Source: Candidatus Aminicenantes bacterium
GTDB lineage: Bacteria; Acidobacteriota; Aminicenantia; Aminicenantales; Saccharicenantaceae
Direction of reading: 5' to 3'
NCBI GenBank assembly: GCA_016867635.1
Contig: VGJC01000002.1
Location: 1-59,843, forward strand
DNA: 59,843 nucleotides
The notes under the pieces are model-generated. The model had not been told where the DNA came from and made no database searches. It saw only the letters and a program-made list of their open reading frames with translations. The translations under genes were made by a program, and so were the position numbers. Of this stretch, positions 27,933 to 38,363 are shown piece after piece (the first letter of the stretch is position 1; each line of letters opens with the position of its first letter).

Positions 27933-30900
27933 ATGAAGAAATGCCCTGCGCTCCCCGTCGCAGCGGCCCTGGCCGCCGCTTTCGTCTCGGCCGCGGCCTG
28001 CCGTTTCACCTCCGAACCTCTCGGCGCCCGGGTCGAAGAGCGGACCGAGGTCATCCGGACCTACCCGTTCACGGACCCGGACCCCGTGCCCATCTTCGCC
28101 CGCTCGTCCATGTGGGGGCAGGGCGAGCGCCTCTATCCCTACTTTTTCTTCGACGGCTTCGCCGCCGAAGGGGCGGATCGGGAGTGGACGGTCGTCCGCC
28201 TTTCCAACTCGCACATCGAGGTCGCCGTGCTGCCTCAGGTCGGCGGCAAGGTCTGGGGAGCCGCCGAGAAGGCCACGGGCCGGGATTTCCTCTACTGGAA
28301 CCGGACCCTGAAGTTCCGCCAGATCGCTCTCCGGGGTCCCTGGACCTCGGGCGGCATCGAGTTCAACTTCGGCGTCGTCGGACATGCCCCGTCGACGGCT
28401 TCGCCCGTCGATTATGTCCTCCGCCGCGATCCCGACGGGGGCGTCAGCTGCGTCGTCGGGACCATGGACCTCGCCTCCCGGACGCGCTGGAGCGTCACCA
28501 TCACTCTTCCCCGGGACGGGGCCGTGTTCGAGACCAACGCTTTGTGGGTCAACCCGACGCCTTTCTCCCAGTCTTACTACGCATGGTCCTGCGCCGCGGT
28601 CAAGACGGCCGAGGACCTCAAGTACATCTTCCCCGGCCGGTGGCGCATCGGCCACGACTACTCCGTGCCCCTCGAACCCTGGCCGGTGGACCGCGCGGGC
28701 CGGGACCTGTCCCTCTACAGGAACAACGCCACCCCGGACTCCAAGAGCTATTTCACGATCGGCGAATACGAGGACTTCTACGGCGGGTGGTACGAGCGAG
28801 AGGACGCCGGCTTCGGCCATTGGTCCCGCTACGACGACATGCCGGGGCGAAAGATCTGGATCTGGGACCTCTCGCGCTCGGGCGAGATCTGGGTCGACCT
28901 CCTGACCGACGAGGACGGCCAGTACACCGAGCCGCAGGCCGGACGCCTGCTCAACCAGTCGGACCACGGAGACTTCCCGCCCGGCGCCGCGGACCGCTGG
29001 CGGGAGCTCTGGTTCCCCTACCGCGGCATCGGCCCCATGGCCAAGGCTTCGCCCCACGCGGTCCTGAGCGTCTCGCGCGACGGCGACCGGCTCGCCCTGG
29101 GCCTCTTCCCTCTCCGGCCCGTCGCCGACGCCCTCACCGTCCGCGCCGGCGGACGGGAGCTGTTCCGCGAAGACCTGATCTTAAGGCCGGAGGAGATCTG
29201 GAAAAGGGACGTGCCTCTGGATGGGGCCGCCGGCGACTCCGGGCTCGAGATCCGCCTGGGAGACAAGCTGGTTCACGAAACCGGCCCTGAGGCCCGCGAT
29301 CTCGAGAGGCCTCTGGATTTCCGCTCGACTCGGGAGGCCACGGCGGAGGGCCTCTTCCTTCAAGCGCGGACCCTCGAACGAGAGAGGCGGCTGACCGAAG
29401 CCCTCGATAGATACCTGGCCTGCGTCGCTCTCGAACCGCTCCACGCGCGCGCCCTCTGCCGGATCGCCGAGCTGCACACCCGCCGCGGCGAACCGTCCCG
29501 GGCCCTGGAGTTCGCCGGCCGGGCCCTGTCGGTCTCGATGTACGACGCGGAGGCGAACTATGTCTACGCGGTCGCCGCCCGCCGGCTCGGCCGTCTGGTC
29601 GACGCCAAGGAGACGCTCGGATGGGCGGCCCGCTCGCCGCAATTCCGGGCCGCGGCCCTCGTCCAATCGGCCGAGATCGCCCTGGTCGAGAGGGAATTCC
29701 GGCGCGCCGGGGAATACGCTCTCAAGGCCCTCGAGTCGGACGCCCGGAACGTCACGGCGCTCGAAGTCCTCGCGGTCGCCCATCGGCTGGCAGGAAATAA
29801 GGCCGAGGCCCGCCGGACCGCCGAGACTATCATCGAGCTCGATCCTCTCGACCATCTGGCCCGCTTCGAGCGCCACCTCCTGACCGGCTCGCCCCGCGAC
29901 CTCGAAGACTGCCGGTCCCATATCCGAAGCGAACTGCCCCACGAGACCTGGCTCGAAATGGCCATGTTCTATGCCCGGAACGGTCTCGAGGGGGAGGCCG
30001 TGGCCGTCCTCGAGAACGCCCCCGAACACCCGACCGTGCTCACCTGGATGGCTTATCTCAGCCGCGAGGCCGCCCCGCGGAAGAGCGCCTCTTACCTGGA
30101 ACGAGCTTCGGCCCTGTCGCCCCACCTGGTCTTTCCCTTCCGGGAAGAGTCCGTCGCCGCTTTCTCCTGGGCCGTCGCGGCCCGGCCGGCCGATTGGAAG
30201 CCGAAGTACTATCTCGGGCTCATCCTGTGGGGCAAGGGACGGCTCGAGGAGACCCGCGACCTCTTCCAGATGTGCGAGGACGCCGACTTCGCGCCGTTCT
30301 TCATCGCCCGCGGCTTTCTGTTCGAGAAGGCCGACCGCGCCCGGGCCGCCGCCGACTACAGGAAGGCCGTCGACCTCGACCCAGGAAGCTGGCGGGCCCG
30401 GCAAGCCCTGACGGCCTTCCATCTGCGGCACGAAGAGAAGGCCGCGGCACGGGGCGTCGCCGAACGGGCGGCCGCGGATTTTCCGGATCACGTGGTGCTC
30501 AAGGTCGGCCTGGCCGAATCCTTTTTCGCTGACGGCCGCCTCGATGAGGCGGCCGCGGTTCTCGAAGGGCTCGCGGTCCTTCCGTACGAAGGGGCCAGCG
30601 ACGTCCACGGCCTTTACGTCCGGACCCACGTCGCCCGGGGCCTGGCGGCCATGAGGAAAGGCGCCTGGACGGAGGCCGTCGAGGCCCTGGAGAAGTCGAA
30701 GCTCTATCCCGAAAAGCTGGGCACCGGCGCCCCGTTCCATCCCGACACGCGGATGCAGGATTACTTCATTGCCGTCTGCCACGACAGGATGGGGAAGAGA
30801 GACCGGGCGGCGGAGATCCGCGAGGGCATCCGGGAATACACGCTGGCCCGATGGGGTGAGCCCCGCCCGCACGGATATTTCGGGGGGCTCGTCCTCGAAC

Positions 30901-30989
30901 AGCTCGGCAGGCGTGAGGATCGGCTCAAGGCCCGGGAATTGCTGAGCCGCGACCGGCCCCCGGCCGAGATCCGGGAACTCATCCGATAA
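27933..30989 (+). CDS. Large exported protein: DUF5107-like N-terminal domain plus C-terminal TPR repeats
   Basis: RBS AAGGAG. Lipoprotein-like leader ...AAAFVSAAAC. The N-terminal ~450 aa resemble DUF5107. The C-terminal half has repeated TPR-like A/L/Y-rich helices. Confidence 0.7.
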   Translation: MKKCPALPVAAALAAAFVSAAACRFTSEPLGARVEERTEVIRTYPFTDPDPVPIFARSSMWGQGERLYPYFFFDGFAAEGADREWTVVRLSNSHIEVAVLPQVGGKVWGAAEKATGRDFLYWNRTLKFRQIALRGPWTSGGIEFNFGVVGHAPSTASPVDYVLRRDPDGGVSCVVGTMDLASRTRWSVTITLPRDGAVFETNALWVNPTPFSQSYYAWSCAAVKTAEDLKYIFPGRWRIGHDYSVPLEPWPVDRAGRDLSLYRNNATPDSKSYFTIGEYEDFYGGWYEREDAGFGHWSRYDDMPGRKIWIWDLSRSGEIWVDLLTDEDGQYTEPQAGRLLNQSDHGDFPPGAADRWRELWFPYRGIGPMAKASPHAVLSVSRDGDRLALGLFPLRPVADALTVRAGGRELFREDLILRPEEIWKRDVPLDGAAGDSGLEIRLGDKLVHETGPEARDLERPLDFRSTREATAEGLFLQARTLERERRLTEALDRYLACVALEPLHARALCRIAELHTRRGEPSRALEFAGRALSVSMYDAEANYVYAVAARRLGRLVDAKETLGWAARSPQFRAAALVQSAEIALVEREFRRAGEYALKALESDARNVTALEVLAVAHRLAGNKAEARRTAETIIELDPLDHLARFERHLLTGSPRDLEDCRSHIRSELPHETWLEMAMFYARNGLEGEAVAVLENAPEHPTVLTWMAYLSREAAPRKSASYLERASALSPHLVFPFREESVAAFSWAVAARPADWKPKYYLGLILWGKGRLEETRDLFQMCEDADFAPFFIARGFLFEKADRARAAADYRKAVDLDPGSWRARQALTAFHLRHEEKAAARGVAERAAADFPDHVVLKVGLAESFFADGRLDEAAAVLEGLAVLPYEGASDVHGLYVRTHVARGLAAMRKGAWTEAVEALEKSKLYPEKLGTGAPFHPDTRMQDYFIAVCHDRMGKRDRAAEIREGIREYTLARWGEPRPHGYFGGLVLEQLGRREDRLKARELLSRDRPPAEIRELIR

Positions 30990-30998
30990 TCGCGTTGA

Positions 30999-32711
30999 TC
31001 AGGAAGGCCAGCGCTTGTAGGGCACGACGGGAAGGGCCCGGCTCCCGGTGATCCTCAGGATCGGGAAGACCCCGCCGGGCTCAGGCGCGAGCTTGAACTT
31101 CCAGTAGCGGATGAGGCCGTACTCGGACTGGGGCTCGAGGAGGCCCGGCACGAGGTTGGCCGCCGGCTGGGCGCCGTCCACGTAGAAATCCCCCTTTTGG
31201 GCGACATGCCGGAGGATCTCCGCGAGCTCGACCTCGATCCTCTCGGGAGCCAGGTAGTCCAGCGCGGCCGGGACGATGTCCTTCACATGATAAGCCGCGG
31301 CCTCGACCAGGGCGCCCTTCTCGAAGATGTCGACCTCGACGCCCAGGGCCAGCAAGGTCTCGACGAGATCTTGCCGGTCGCTGCGGATGAGATAGCCGCG
31401 CGGGCGGGGCACGGACAGAGTCGGTTCGACCTCGGGGAACCAGTTCTTGACGACTTCCTCGACGATCTTGAGCGTCGGGGGCCCCCCGTGAGGCGCGATG
31501 TCGGCCATCGTGAGCGTCTCCCCGGCCTTCTTGTCGACCTTGAGGACGCCTCGGATGGGCGACAACGCGCGTTCGAACCTCTTCAGGACCAGTTCCGGTT
31601 GCCCCGGATCGCGGGCGTATCTCATCCTCAAATGGACGACGTCGCCCGCGGCGGGCGCCTTGGACCTGTCGAGCAGTCGGGCCCGATGGTCGCGGACCAT
31701 CTTCAAGACCTCGGCGGAGCGGCCGGCCACGGCCTCGAGGAAGGCCCGCAGACCGTGATACTGCCATGTCGTCCGGTCCTTGAGGGTTTCGAGGTCGTGA
31801 CGCGAAGCCCCCTCCTGGATGAACGACAGGGTCTCGTAGATCCCCAGGCTGTTCCGGCCGTCGTTGAGGTCGGTCGTCGAGTAGCGCTTCATCTGCTCGC
31901 GCGTCCCGGCCGGGTCCCGCCCGTAGGCTGCGCCGGACGAGGTGTCGACACCCAGGTCCTCGGTGATGAGGTATTCGTGGAACGTGATGTTCCTTTTTCT
32001 CAGGCTTTTTTCGACCTCGGCCAAGATGGTCCGACGGGAGAAGTCCTGCAGCCCGCGGCTGATATTGACATTGGAGACGCAGCCGATCGACACCCGATAA
32101 TAATCGTCGCCTTTTTCGTGGACGTCGACGGTCACCTCGGGCATCCAGGCGCGGAAAACCCTGTGGATGGCCCGGACGCCCTCGGTCTCGAGCTTGACGT
32201 GGTCTCGGTTCATGTCCAGGCCGAGCTCGTTCGTCCGGACGTCGAAGAAGTTCCCGTAGGGATTGACCTGGGGCATCACCAGGACGTTGATCCTGTCGAG
32301 GAGCGGCCGCAAGTCGCCGACGGCGAGGTCACGGAGAAGCCAGAGGACGGCCTCCTTGGCCGACTGCTCGTTGCCGTGCTGGGCGGCCACGACGAGGACC
32401 GTGGGTTTGGTCCTGTCCAGGGACTCGGGCCCCGGGCCGGCCTTGTTGGCGAGAACGGCCAGGTAGATATCCCGCGCCCCGTATTCGTCTTTGGACAGCG
32501 ATCTCCCCACGATGCGGACCGAGACCTCGGGCGCCCGGGCGTCCAGCACGCTCAGAAAGGAGCTCACGCCTTCGCTCTGGGTGTATAGCCGGTAGCCCGC
32601 CGCCTCGGCCGGGGTCGGCACTGTGGCTTGGTCCGGCGCTGCGGACAGGGCCGCCCCGGCCAACAAGGACAGGCCCGCGATTACGGATATCCTGAAAGCC
32701 CCTCTTCTCAT
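30999..32711 (-). CDS. Exported M14-family zinc carboxypeptidase-like protein
   Basis: Signal peptide. QHGNEQSAKEA (HxxE zinc motif of M14) and a downstream VDVHE-type His. Confidence 0.75.
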   Translation of the reverse strand: MRRGAFRISVIAGLSLLAGAALSAAPDQATVPTPAEAAGYRLYTQSEGVSSFLSVLDARAPEVSVRIVGRSLSKDEYGARDIYLAVLANKAGPGPESLDRTKPTVLVVAAQHGNEQSAKEAVLWLLRDLAVGDLRPLLDRINVLVMPQVNPYGNFFDVRTNELGLDMNRDHVKLETEGVRAIHRVFRAWMPEVTVDVHEKGDDYYRVSIGCVSNVNISRGLQDFSRRTILAEVEKSLRKRNITFHEYLITEDLGVDTSSGAAYGRDPAGTREQMKRYSTTDLNDGRNSLGIYETLSFIQEGASRHDLETLKDRTTWQYHGLRAFLEAVAGRSAEVLKMVRDHRARLLDRSKAPAAGDVVHLRMRYARDPGQPELVLKRFERALSPIRGVLKVDKKAGETLTMADIAPHGGPPTLKIVEEVVKNWFPEVEPTLSVPRPRGYLIRSDRQDLVETLLALGVEVDIFEKGALVEAAAYHVKDIVPAALDYLAPERIEVELAEILRHVAQKGDFYVDGAQPAANLVPGLLEPQSEYGLIRYWKFKLAPEPGGVFPILRITGSRALPVVPYKRWPS

Positions 32712-32724
32712 GTCGCCTTCTCCC

Positions 32725-33987
32725 CTAATCCTTCGGCTCGTTCTTTCCGAATTCGAGGGCGACCTCCTTGACCTGGCCGTCCCTCAGGACCTTGAATGCG
32801 ACCTTGTCGCCGGCCCGGAAGCGGGCCAGATACGTCCGGATCTCGTTCGTGTCGTCATAGGACTTGCCGTCCACGGACAGGACGACGTCGCCCTTTTCGA
32901 AGCCGGCCTTGGCCGCTTCGCCGCCCGTCGGCTTGGGGTCGACGACCAGGTTGGTCAGGTTCTCGACATTCTTGAACCCCAGCCCGATCGACGGGAAGGC
33001 CGGCCCGTCCTCCGCGACGATGCCGATGACGTAATCGCCGAAGGAGCGCGAAACGGTGACGGAGCTCTTTCCAGGGGGCACGGCCACGGCGATGACGGTC
33101 TTGAACGGCAGGCCGGAGCGCTCGAAGGCCCTCCTGTTAAGTCCTAGATTATAAATAAGATGGCCGGAACCCGTGCAGACGACGACGCGCCGCCCTTCGC
33201 TCGCCGCTCCGCGCACGGCGTTGGCGCCCATGACCTCGTCCCAGGCGGACTGCGAGCGGTAAAGACCCTCGAAGACCTGATCGAGCCCGGGGCCCTTCAT
33301 TTGGGGCGGCAGGTCGGCGCTCTCGAAGATCGTCCGGATGAGCGTCCGGTGGTCCTGGTGGGAAACGTCCGGCGCCGCCGGGATGAGAGCCTTCTCCTCG
33401 TCGGACAACGCATCCCAACCTCGCGTCCGGATCTTCGAGATGATCTCGCGGGGGATGTTGAGGGCATAGACGGGCAGGCGGTGCTCCTTGGCGAAGTCGA
33501 AGATCTTCTCGTAATATCCGAAGTTGAAGTTCCAGTTGACGTACCAGCGGACCTCGCGGATGAACTCCTCTTTCGTCAGGATGCCCGCGCTCCACTTGTT
33601 CAGCGTCTCCTGGACGCTCACCGGGAGCATCTCCATCCCGACCGCCAGGTGCCGGTCCTGGGCATGGAGGGCTTCGAGGACCCGGAACTGGATGTCGTGC
33701 ATGGGCAGCGAGTCGTGGGTCTCCCCGACGTGGACAAAGCGGCTCGCCCGCATTTCGGCGATCATCCGGTCGAAGCCGACGGCCCGGCCCGTCGACCCGG
33801 AAAGGACCGCGCCGGCGGCGACGGCCATGGTCTGGTCCTTGAGCTTGGGGTTGCCGATTTTGAGGGTCAGGGTCGCGTCGGGCTTGTCCTCCCCCGCTTG
33901 AGTTTGGGCCGGAGCCTGGGCTCGCGCCGCGGTCCCCAGGACCCAGAGGGCGGCGGCGCCCAAGAGGCATCGATGGGCCAATTTCAT
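32725..33987 (-). CDS. Exported ChaN-like (Tiki/haem-binding-uptake superfamily) protein with C-terminal PDZ domain
   Basis: Signal peptide MKLAHRCLLGAAALWVLGTAARAQA. The central region resembles ChaN (..FVHVGETHDS..). The C-terminal ~90 aa are PDZ-like (..AAKAGFEKGDVVLSVDGK..). Confidence 0.6.
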   Translation of the reverse strand: MKLAHRCLLGAAALWVLGTAARAQAPAQTQAGEDKPDATLTLKIGNPKLKDQTMAVAAGAVLSGSTGRAVGFDRMIAEMRASRFVHVGETHDSLPMHDIQFRVLEALHAQDRHLAVGMEMLPVSVQETLNKWSAGILTKEEFIREVRWYVNWNFNFGYYEKIFDFAKEHRLPVYALNIPREIISKIRTRGWDALSDEEKALIPAAPDVSHQDHRTLIRTIFESADLPPQMKGPGLDQVFEGLYRSQSAWDEVMGANAVRGAASEGRRVVVCTGSGHLIYNLGLNRRAFERSGLPFKTVIAVAVPPGKSSVTVSRSFGDYVIGIVAEDGPAFPSIGLGFKNVENLTNLVVDPKPTGGEAAKAGFEKGDVVLSVDGKSYDDTNEIRTYLARFRAGDKVAFKVLRDGQVKEVALEFGKNEPKD

Positions 33988-34066
33988 TTCGACCTCCCGG
34001 TGCGGAATTCGCCCGTATCATATCCCCGGGATTTCTTTGAAGTCAACGCGCAAAAAGGCTAAAATC

Positions 34067-35236
34067 ATGCCCATGGCCGAAGAGCGCAACGGAACGAAGA
34101 GAACGATGCGGACATTCGCCGCCGCCTCGTTCCTCAACGACATGGGCTCGGACATCATCTACCCCCTCTGGCCGCTGTTCGTCACTCAGGTCCTGAAGGC
34201 CAACATGGCCGCCCTGGGCTTTCTCGACGGCCTCGGCGAGGCCCTCGTCTCTCTCTCTCAGGCCTTCTCGGGCTACTATTCGGACAAGCTCCGCAAGCGC
34301 AAGATCTTCATCTGGGTCGGCTACCTCTGCGGCGCCGTCTCGCGGCTCGGGTATGCCGCCTCGGCCGTCTGGCAGCACCTCATCCCCTTCCGCATCCTCG
34401 ACCGGGCCGGCAAGATCCGCAGCGCGCCCCGCGATGCCCTGGTCGCCGACATCTCGACCGACGCGAACCGAGGCCGCCACTTCGGTCTGCTGCGGGCCAT
34501 GGACAATCTGGGGGCCGTGGCCGGCGTTCTCGTCGCCATCGCCCTTGTCGACGTCCTCGGCATCCGTCTGCTGTTCGCCCTGGCCGCCGTCCCGTCGCTC
34601 GCCGGGGCGGCGCTCATCCTCCGGAACATCACGGAGCCTAAGGAGCCTCGCGCCCGGGTCTTCAAGGGCTTCTCGTTTCGCGACGTCGACCGCAATCTGG
34701 CCCTTTATATCGTCCTCAACGGCGTCTTCGCTCTCGGGGCTTTTACTTATTCTTTCCTGCTCCTCAACGCCAAGGCGGCCGGGTTCAAGGCCGGGTTCAT
34801 ACCCGTCCTCTATCTCGTCTATTCGGTCGCCGCGGCCCTTCTCTCCTACCCGTTCGGGCGGCTCTCGGACCGCGTCGGGCGCAAGCCGGTCCTGTTCATG
34901 GGCTTCGGCGCCTGGGCGGCCGTCTGCGCGGGGGCCGCGTTCGTCCCCGGAATGCCCGCCGCGGCTTCACTGTTCGTCCTCTACGGCGTCCACAAGGCCG
35001 CGCTCGAGCCGGTCCAGAAGACCATCGCCGCCGAGCTCTCGCCGAAGCCTTACCGGGCCTCGGTCCTGGGGGGATTCCAGATGGTCATCGGGCTGGCGGC
35101 CCTGCCGGCGTCGCTTCTGGCCGGATTCCTCTGGGACACGGCGGGCCGGCAAACACCCTTCATCGTTTCGCTGTGTTTGACGGCGGCCGCCGCCCTGCTG
35201 CTCCTCTTCGTCAAGGAAACCCGGAAGCCGGATTAG
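34067..35236 (+). CDS. MFS transporter
   Basis: 12-TM-like hydrophobic pattern. Start set at ATG 34067; the listed ORF begins at a TTG at 34037. Confidence 0.8.
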   Translation: MPMAEERNGTKRTMRTFAAASFLNDMGSDIIYPLWPLFVTQVLKANMAALGFLDGLGEALVSLSQAFSGYYSDKLRKRKIFIWVGYLCGAVSRLGYAASAVWQHLIPFRILDRAGKIRSAPRDALVADISTDANRGRHFGLLRAMDNLGAVAGVLVAIALVDVLGIRLLFALAAVPSLAGAALILRNITEPKEPRARVFKGFSFRDVDRNLALYIVLNGVFALGAFTYSFLLLNAKAAGFKAGFIPVLYLVYSVAAALLSYPFGRLSDRVGRKPVLFMGFGAWAAVCAGAAFVPGMPAAASLFVLYGVHKAALEPVQKTIAAELSPKPYRASVLGGFQMVIGLAALPASLLAGFLWDTAGRQTPFIVSLCLTAAAALLLLFVKETRKPD

Positions 35237-37329
35237 TCCTCTTCTTCGGCCTTGACCCGGCCTTCCTTGACGGCCTCGGCGATGATCTTCTGCTGGATGT
35301 GGGACGGGGCCTCTTCGTAGTGCGAGAATTCCATGAGGAACGAGCCACGCCCGCCGGTGATCGAGGTCAGGGTGGGCTCGAAGTCGAGCATTTCGGACAT
35401 CGGTACCTGGGCCTTGAGGACGCGCATGGTCCCTTTCTGCTCCATGCCCTGGACCTTTCCGCGGCGGCCGTTGAGGTTGCCCATGATGTCGCCCATGTAC
35501 GTTTCGGGCGTGTAGATCTCGACGTTCATGACCGGCTCGAGCAGGGTCGGCTTGGCCTCGCGGATGCCCTTCTTGTAGGCCTTGCTGGCCGCGATCTTGA
35601 AGGCGATGTCCGACGAGTCGACGTCGTGGTAGGAGCCGTCGTAGAGGATGGCCTTGAAGTCCACGGTCGGGTAGCCGGCCAGGACGCCCTTCTTGCGGGC
35701 CTCCAGGAGCCCCTTCTCGACCGAGGGGATGAAGTTGCGCGGGATGGCCCCGCCGAAGATCTTGTCCTCGAACTCGAAGTCCTGGCCGCGGGGCAGGGGC
35801 TCGAACTTGATCCACGTGTCGCCGAACTGGCCCCGGCCGCCGGTCTGCTTCTTGTGCCGGCCCTGGACGTCGGAACGGCCCTTGATCGTCTCGAGGTAGG
35901 AGATCTTGGGCGGCTTGAGGTCAACGTCGACGTTGTAGCGCTTCTTCAGCCGCTCGGCGATGATGCGGACGTGGAGCTCGCCGTTGCCGGAGATGAGGAG
36001 CTGGGCGGTGTTCGGATCGCGCTCGATGCGGACCGTCGGGTCCTCTTCGGTGATCCGGTGGGTGGCCTGCGAGATGCGGTCCTCATCGGCCCGCGTCTTG
36101 GGCTCGATGGCGAAAGAGATCGAGGGCAGCGGGAAATTGATGGCCGGAAAGGCGATCCCGGAGCCCTTGGCGGACAGGGTATCGCCGGTCGCCGTGACCT
36201 TGAGCTTGGCCGTGGCCACGATGTCCCCCGCTTTGGCCTGGCCCGCCGCGGCCTGTTCCTTGCCCTGGAGGAAGAACAGGCCGCCGAGCTTCTCATCGGC
36301 GTCGCGGGTGACGTTCGCGACCGTTCCGTCGGGGTTGACCCGTCCGGAAAGGACGCGCATCAGGGAGATGCGGCCGGTGTAGGGATCGGAGATGGTCTTG
36401 AAGACCAGGGCGGCGAAGGGGCCGTCGGCCGACGGCGCGACGGTCTTATCCTCGCCTTTGATCACGGCCTTGACGGGCCCGGCCTCGACCGGCGAGGGTA
36501 GGAAGGCGAGAATGCCGTCGAGGAGGGTCTGGGCGCCGATGTTGGCCGCGCCGGAAGCCGCGAAAACGGGGAATATCTGGTGATGGCGGATGCTCTTCTT
36601 GAGGCCGGCCCGAAGCTCCTCCGGCGAAAGCTCGCCCTTGTCGAAATACTTTTCCATGAGCTTCTCGTCCGACTCGGCGACCATCTCCATGAGCTCTTTG
36701 TACCGCTTCTCGACCTCGTCGGCGAGGCCGGCCGGGATCTGCGCCTCGCTCATCTTGCCGCTTTCGTCCTTCTCGAAGAGGTAGGCCTTGCGCTCGACGA
36801 TGTCGACGACGCCGGCGAAGCTCTTCTCCTCCCCGATCGGCAGCTGGACGGGCACGGCCTGGCGGCCGAAGAACTCGTGGAGCGAGGCGAGGGCCCGGCT
36901 GAAGTTGGCGTTCTCGCGGTCCATCTTGTTGATGACCATGATCCGGGGCAGGCCCCGCTCCTCGATCATCTCCCAGACCTTCTCGGTCCCGACCTCGACC
37001 CCGGCTACGGCGTCGACGAGGACGGCCGCGCCGTCGACGGCCCGCAGGGCGGCCCGGGTGTCCCACAGGAAGTTGCTGTAGCCCGGCGTGTCGATGACGT
37101 TGATCTTGTGGTCCTTCCATTCGCAGAAGCAGGGCGTGGCGTTGATGGAGATCTTGCGATCGACCTCCTCGGGTTCGTAGTCGGTGACGGTGTTGCCCTT
37201 GTCGACCTTGGTCAGGCGGCTGGTGGCCCCCGCGTCGAACAGCAAGGCGGCCGCCAGGGACGTCTTGCCGGACGAGCCGTGGCCGACCAGGGCGATGTTC
37301 CGTATCTTCTCGGCGGAATAGTCTTTCAT
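35233..37329 (-). CDS. Elongation factor G paralogue (stand-alone, EF-G2-like)
   Basis: 698 aa with all five EF-G domains alignable by eye. G1 is GHGSSGKT rather than AHIDAGKT; DTPG and NKMD are present. It is not in an rpsL-rpsG-fusA-tuf context. Confidence 0.88.
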   Translation of the reverse strand: MKDYSAEKIRNIALVGHGSSGKTSLAAALLFDAGATSRLTKVDKGNTVTDYEPEEVDRKISINATPCFCEWKDHKINVIDTPGYSNFLWDTRAALRAVDGAAVLVDAVAGVEVGTEKVWEMIEERGLPRIMVINKMDRENANFSRALASLHEFFGRQAVPVQLPIGEEKSFAGVVDIVERKAYLFEKDESGKMSEAQIPAGLADEVEKRYKELMEMVAESDEKLMEKYFDKGELSPEELRAGLKKSIRHHQIFPVFAASGAANIGAQTLLDGILAFLPSPVEAGPVKAVIKGEDKTVAPSADGPFAALVFKTISDPYTGRISLMRVLSGRVNPDGTVANVTRDADEKLGGLFFLQGKEQAAAGQAKAGDIVATAKLKVTATGDTLSAKGSGIAFPAINFPLPSISFAIEPKTRADEDRISQATHRITEEDPTVRIERDPNTAQLLISGNGELHVRIIAERLKKRYNVDVDLKPPKISYLETIKGRSDVQGRHKKQTGGRGQFGDTWIKFEPLPRGQDFEFEDKIFGGAIPRNFIPSVEKGLLEARKKGVLAGYPTVDFKAILYDGSYHDVDSSDIAFKIAASKAYKKGIREAKPTLLEPVMNVEIYTPETYMGDIMGNLNGRRGKVQGMEQKGTMRVLKAQVPMSEMLDFEPTLTSITGGRGSFLMEFSHYEEAPSHIQQKIIAEAVKEGRVKAEEED

Positions 37330-37430
37330 CCGGAGCCTCCTCGGGTGTAACGGAGAAAAAGAAAGGTCATTTTACCCAAAACCGGCCATTTCCTCAAGCA
37401 GATAATTGGCGGTGTCCGGGACATTCCCCC

Positions 37431-38363
37431 TCAGCTGCGTACCCCTGGCTCAAGTTCCCGCTCGATGACCGCCTCGAGGTCGGGCGGCAGGGGCGAGGCG
37501 AACGTCACCCTCTCCCCCGTCCCCGGGTGGAGGAACGAGAGGGTGTGGGCGTGGAGGAAGAGACGGGGGTACCGCCCGCCCTCTTTCTTCCGGCCGTAGA
37601 TCGGGTCCCCGACGATGGGATGGCCGGCCGCGGCCATGTGGACCCGGATCTGGTGGGTTCGCCCGGTTACGGGCCGGATCTCGAGCAGGGTCGTCTCCTG
37701 GAAAACCCTTTGGACCTCGAAGAAGGTCTCGGCCTTCTTGGGGCTCCGGGCCCGGATGGAGATCTTCTTCCCTTCTTTCGGGTGCCGGCCCAGCGGCCAG
37801 TTGAGCCGGCCTTCCGGGGCTACGACCCGGCCCCAGGCTAAACCGAGGTAGGTCTTCCAGACGACGCGCGTCTTGAACTGACGGACGAGCTCGCTGAAGG
37901 CCCTCGGCGAGCGGGCCGCGACCATGACCCCCGAGGTGTCCTTGTCCAGCCGATGGACGATGCCCGGCCGCTCCTCGCTTCCGATCAGGGCGACCTCGGG
38001 GAAATGATGAACGAGGGCGTTGGCCAAGGTCCCCGAGGCGTGGCCGGCTCCGGGATGGACGACCAGGCCGGCCGGCTTGTCGATGAGGACGACATCCTCG
38101 TCCTTGTAGATGATCTTGAGCGGGATGGCTTCCGGCAGGAGCTTCGGCTCCAAGGCGGGGACCTCGTAGTCGAAGACGACGTGGTCGCCCGGCCTGATCC
38201 TGTGGCCCGGCTTGGCCGCCCGGCCCCCGACCCGGGCCCCCCCTTCGTCAATGGCCTTGCGGACCTGGTTACGGGTCAGAAAGGTCAGCCTTTCGACGAG
38301 AAACACGTCGAGCCGCGTCCCCTCCTCCGGATCCGGGCCGACGGTGAATTCCGCTCTAGGCAC
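37431..38363 (-). CDS. rluD: 23S rRNA pseudouridine synthase, RluA family (RluD-like, S4 domain)
   Basis: GTG start. S4-like N-terminus (RLDVFLVERL). Catalytic HRLDKDTSG motif. Confidence 0.88.
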   Translation of the reverse strand: MPRAEFTVGPDPEEGTRLDVFLVERLTFLTRNQVRKAIDEGGARVGGRAAKPGHRIRPGDHVVFDYEVPALEPKLLPEAIPLKIIYKDEDVVLIDKPAGLVVHPGAGHASGTLANALVHHFPEVALIGSEERPGIVHRLDKDTSGVMVAARSPRAFSELVRQFKTRVVWKTYLGLAWGRVVAPEGRLNWPLGRHPKEGKKISIRARSPKKAETFFEVQRVFQETTLLEIRPVTGRTHQIRVHMAAAGHPIVGDPIYGRKKEGGRYPRLFLHAHTLSFLHPGTGERVTFASPLPPDLEAVIERELEPGVRS

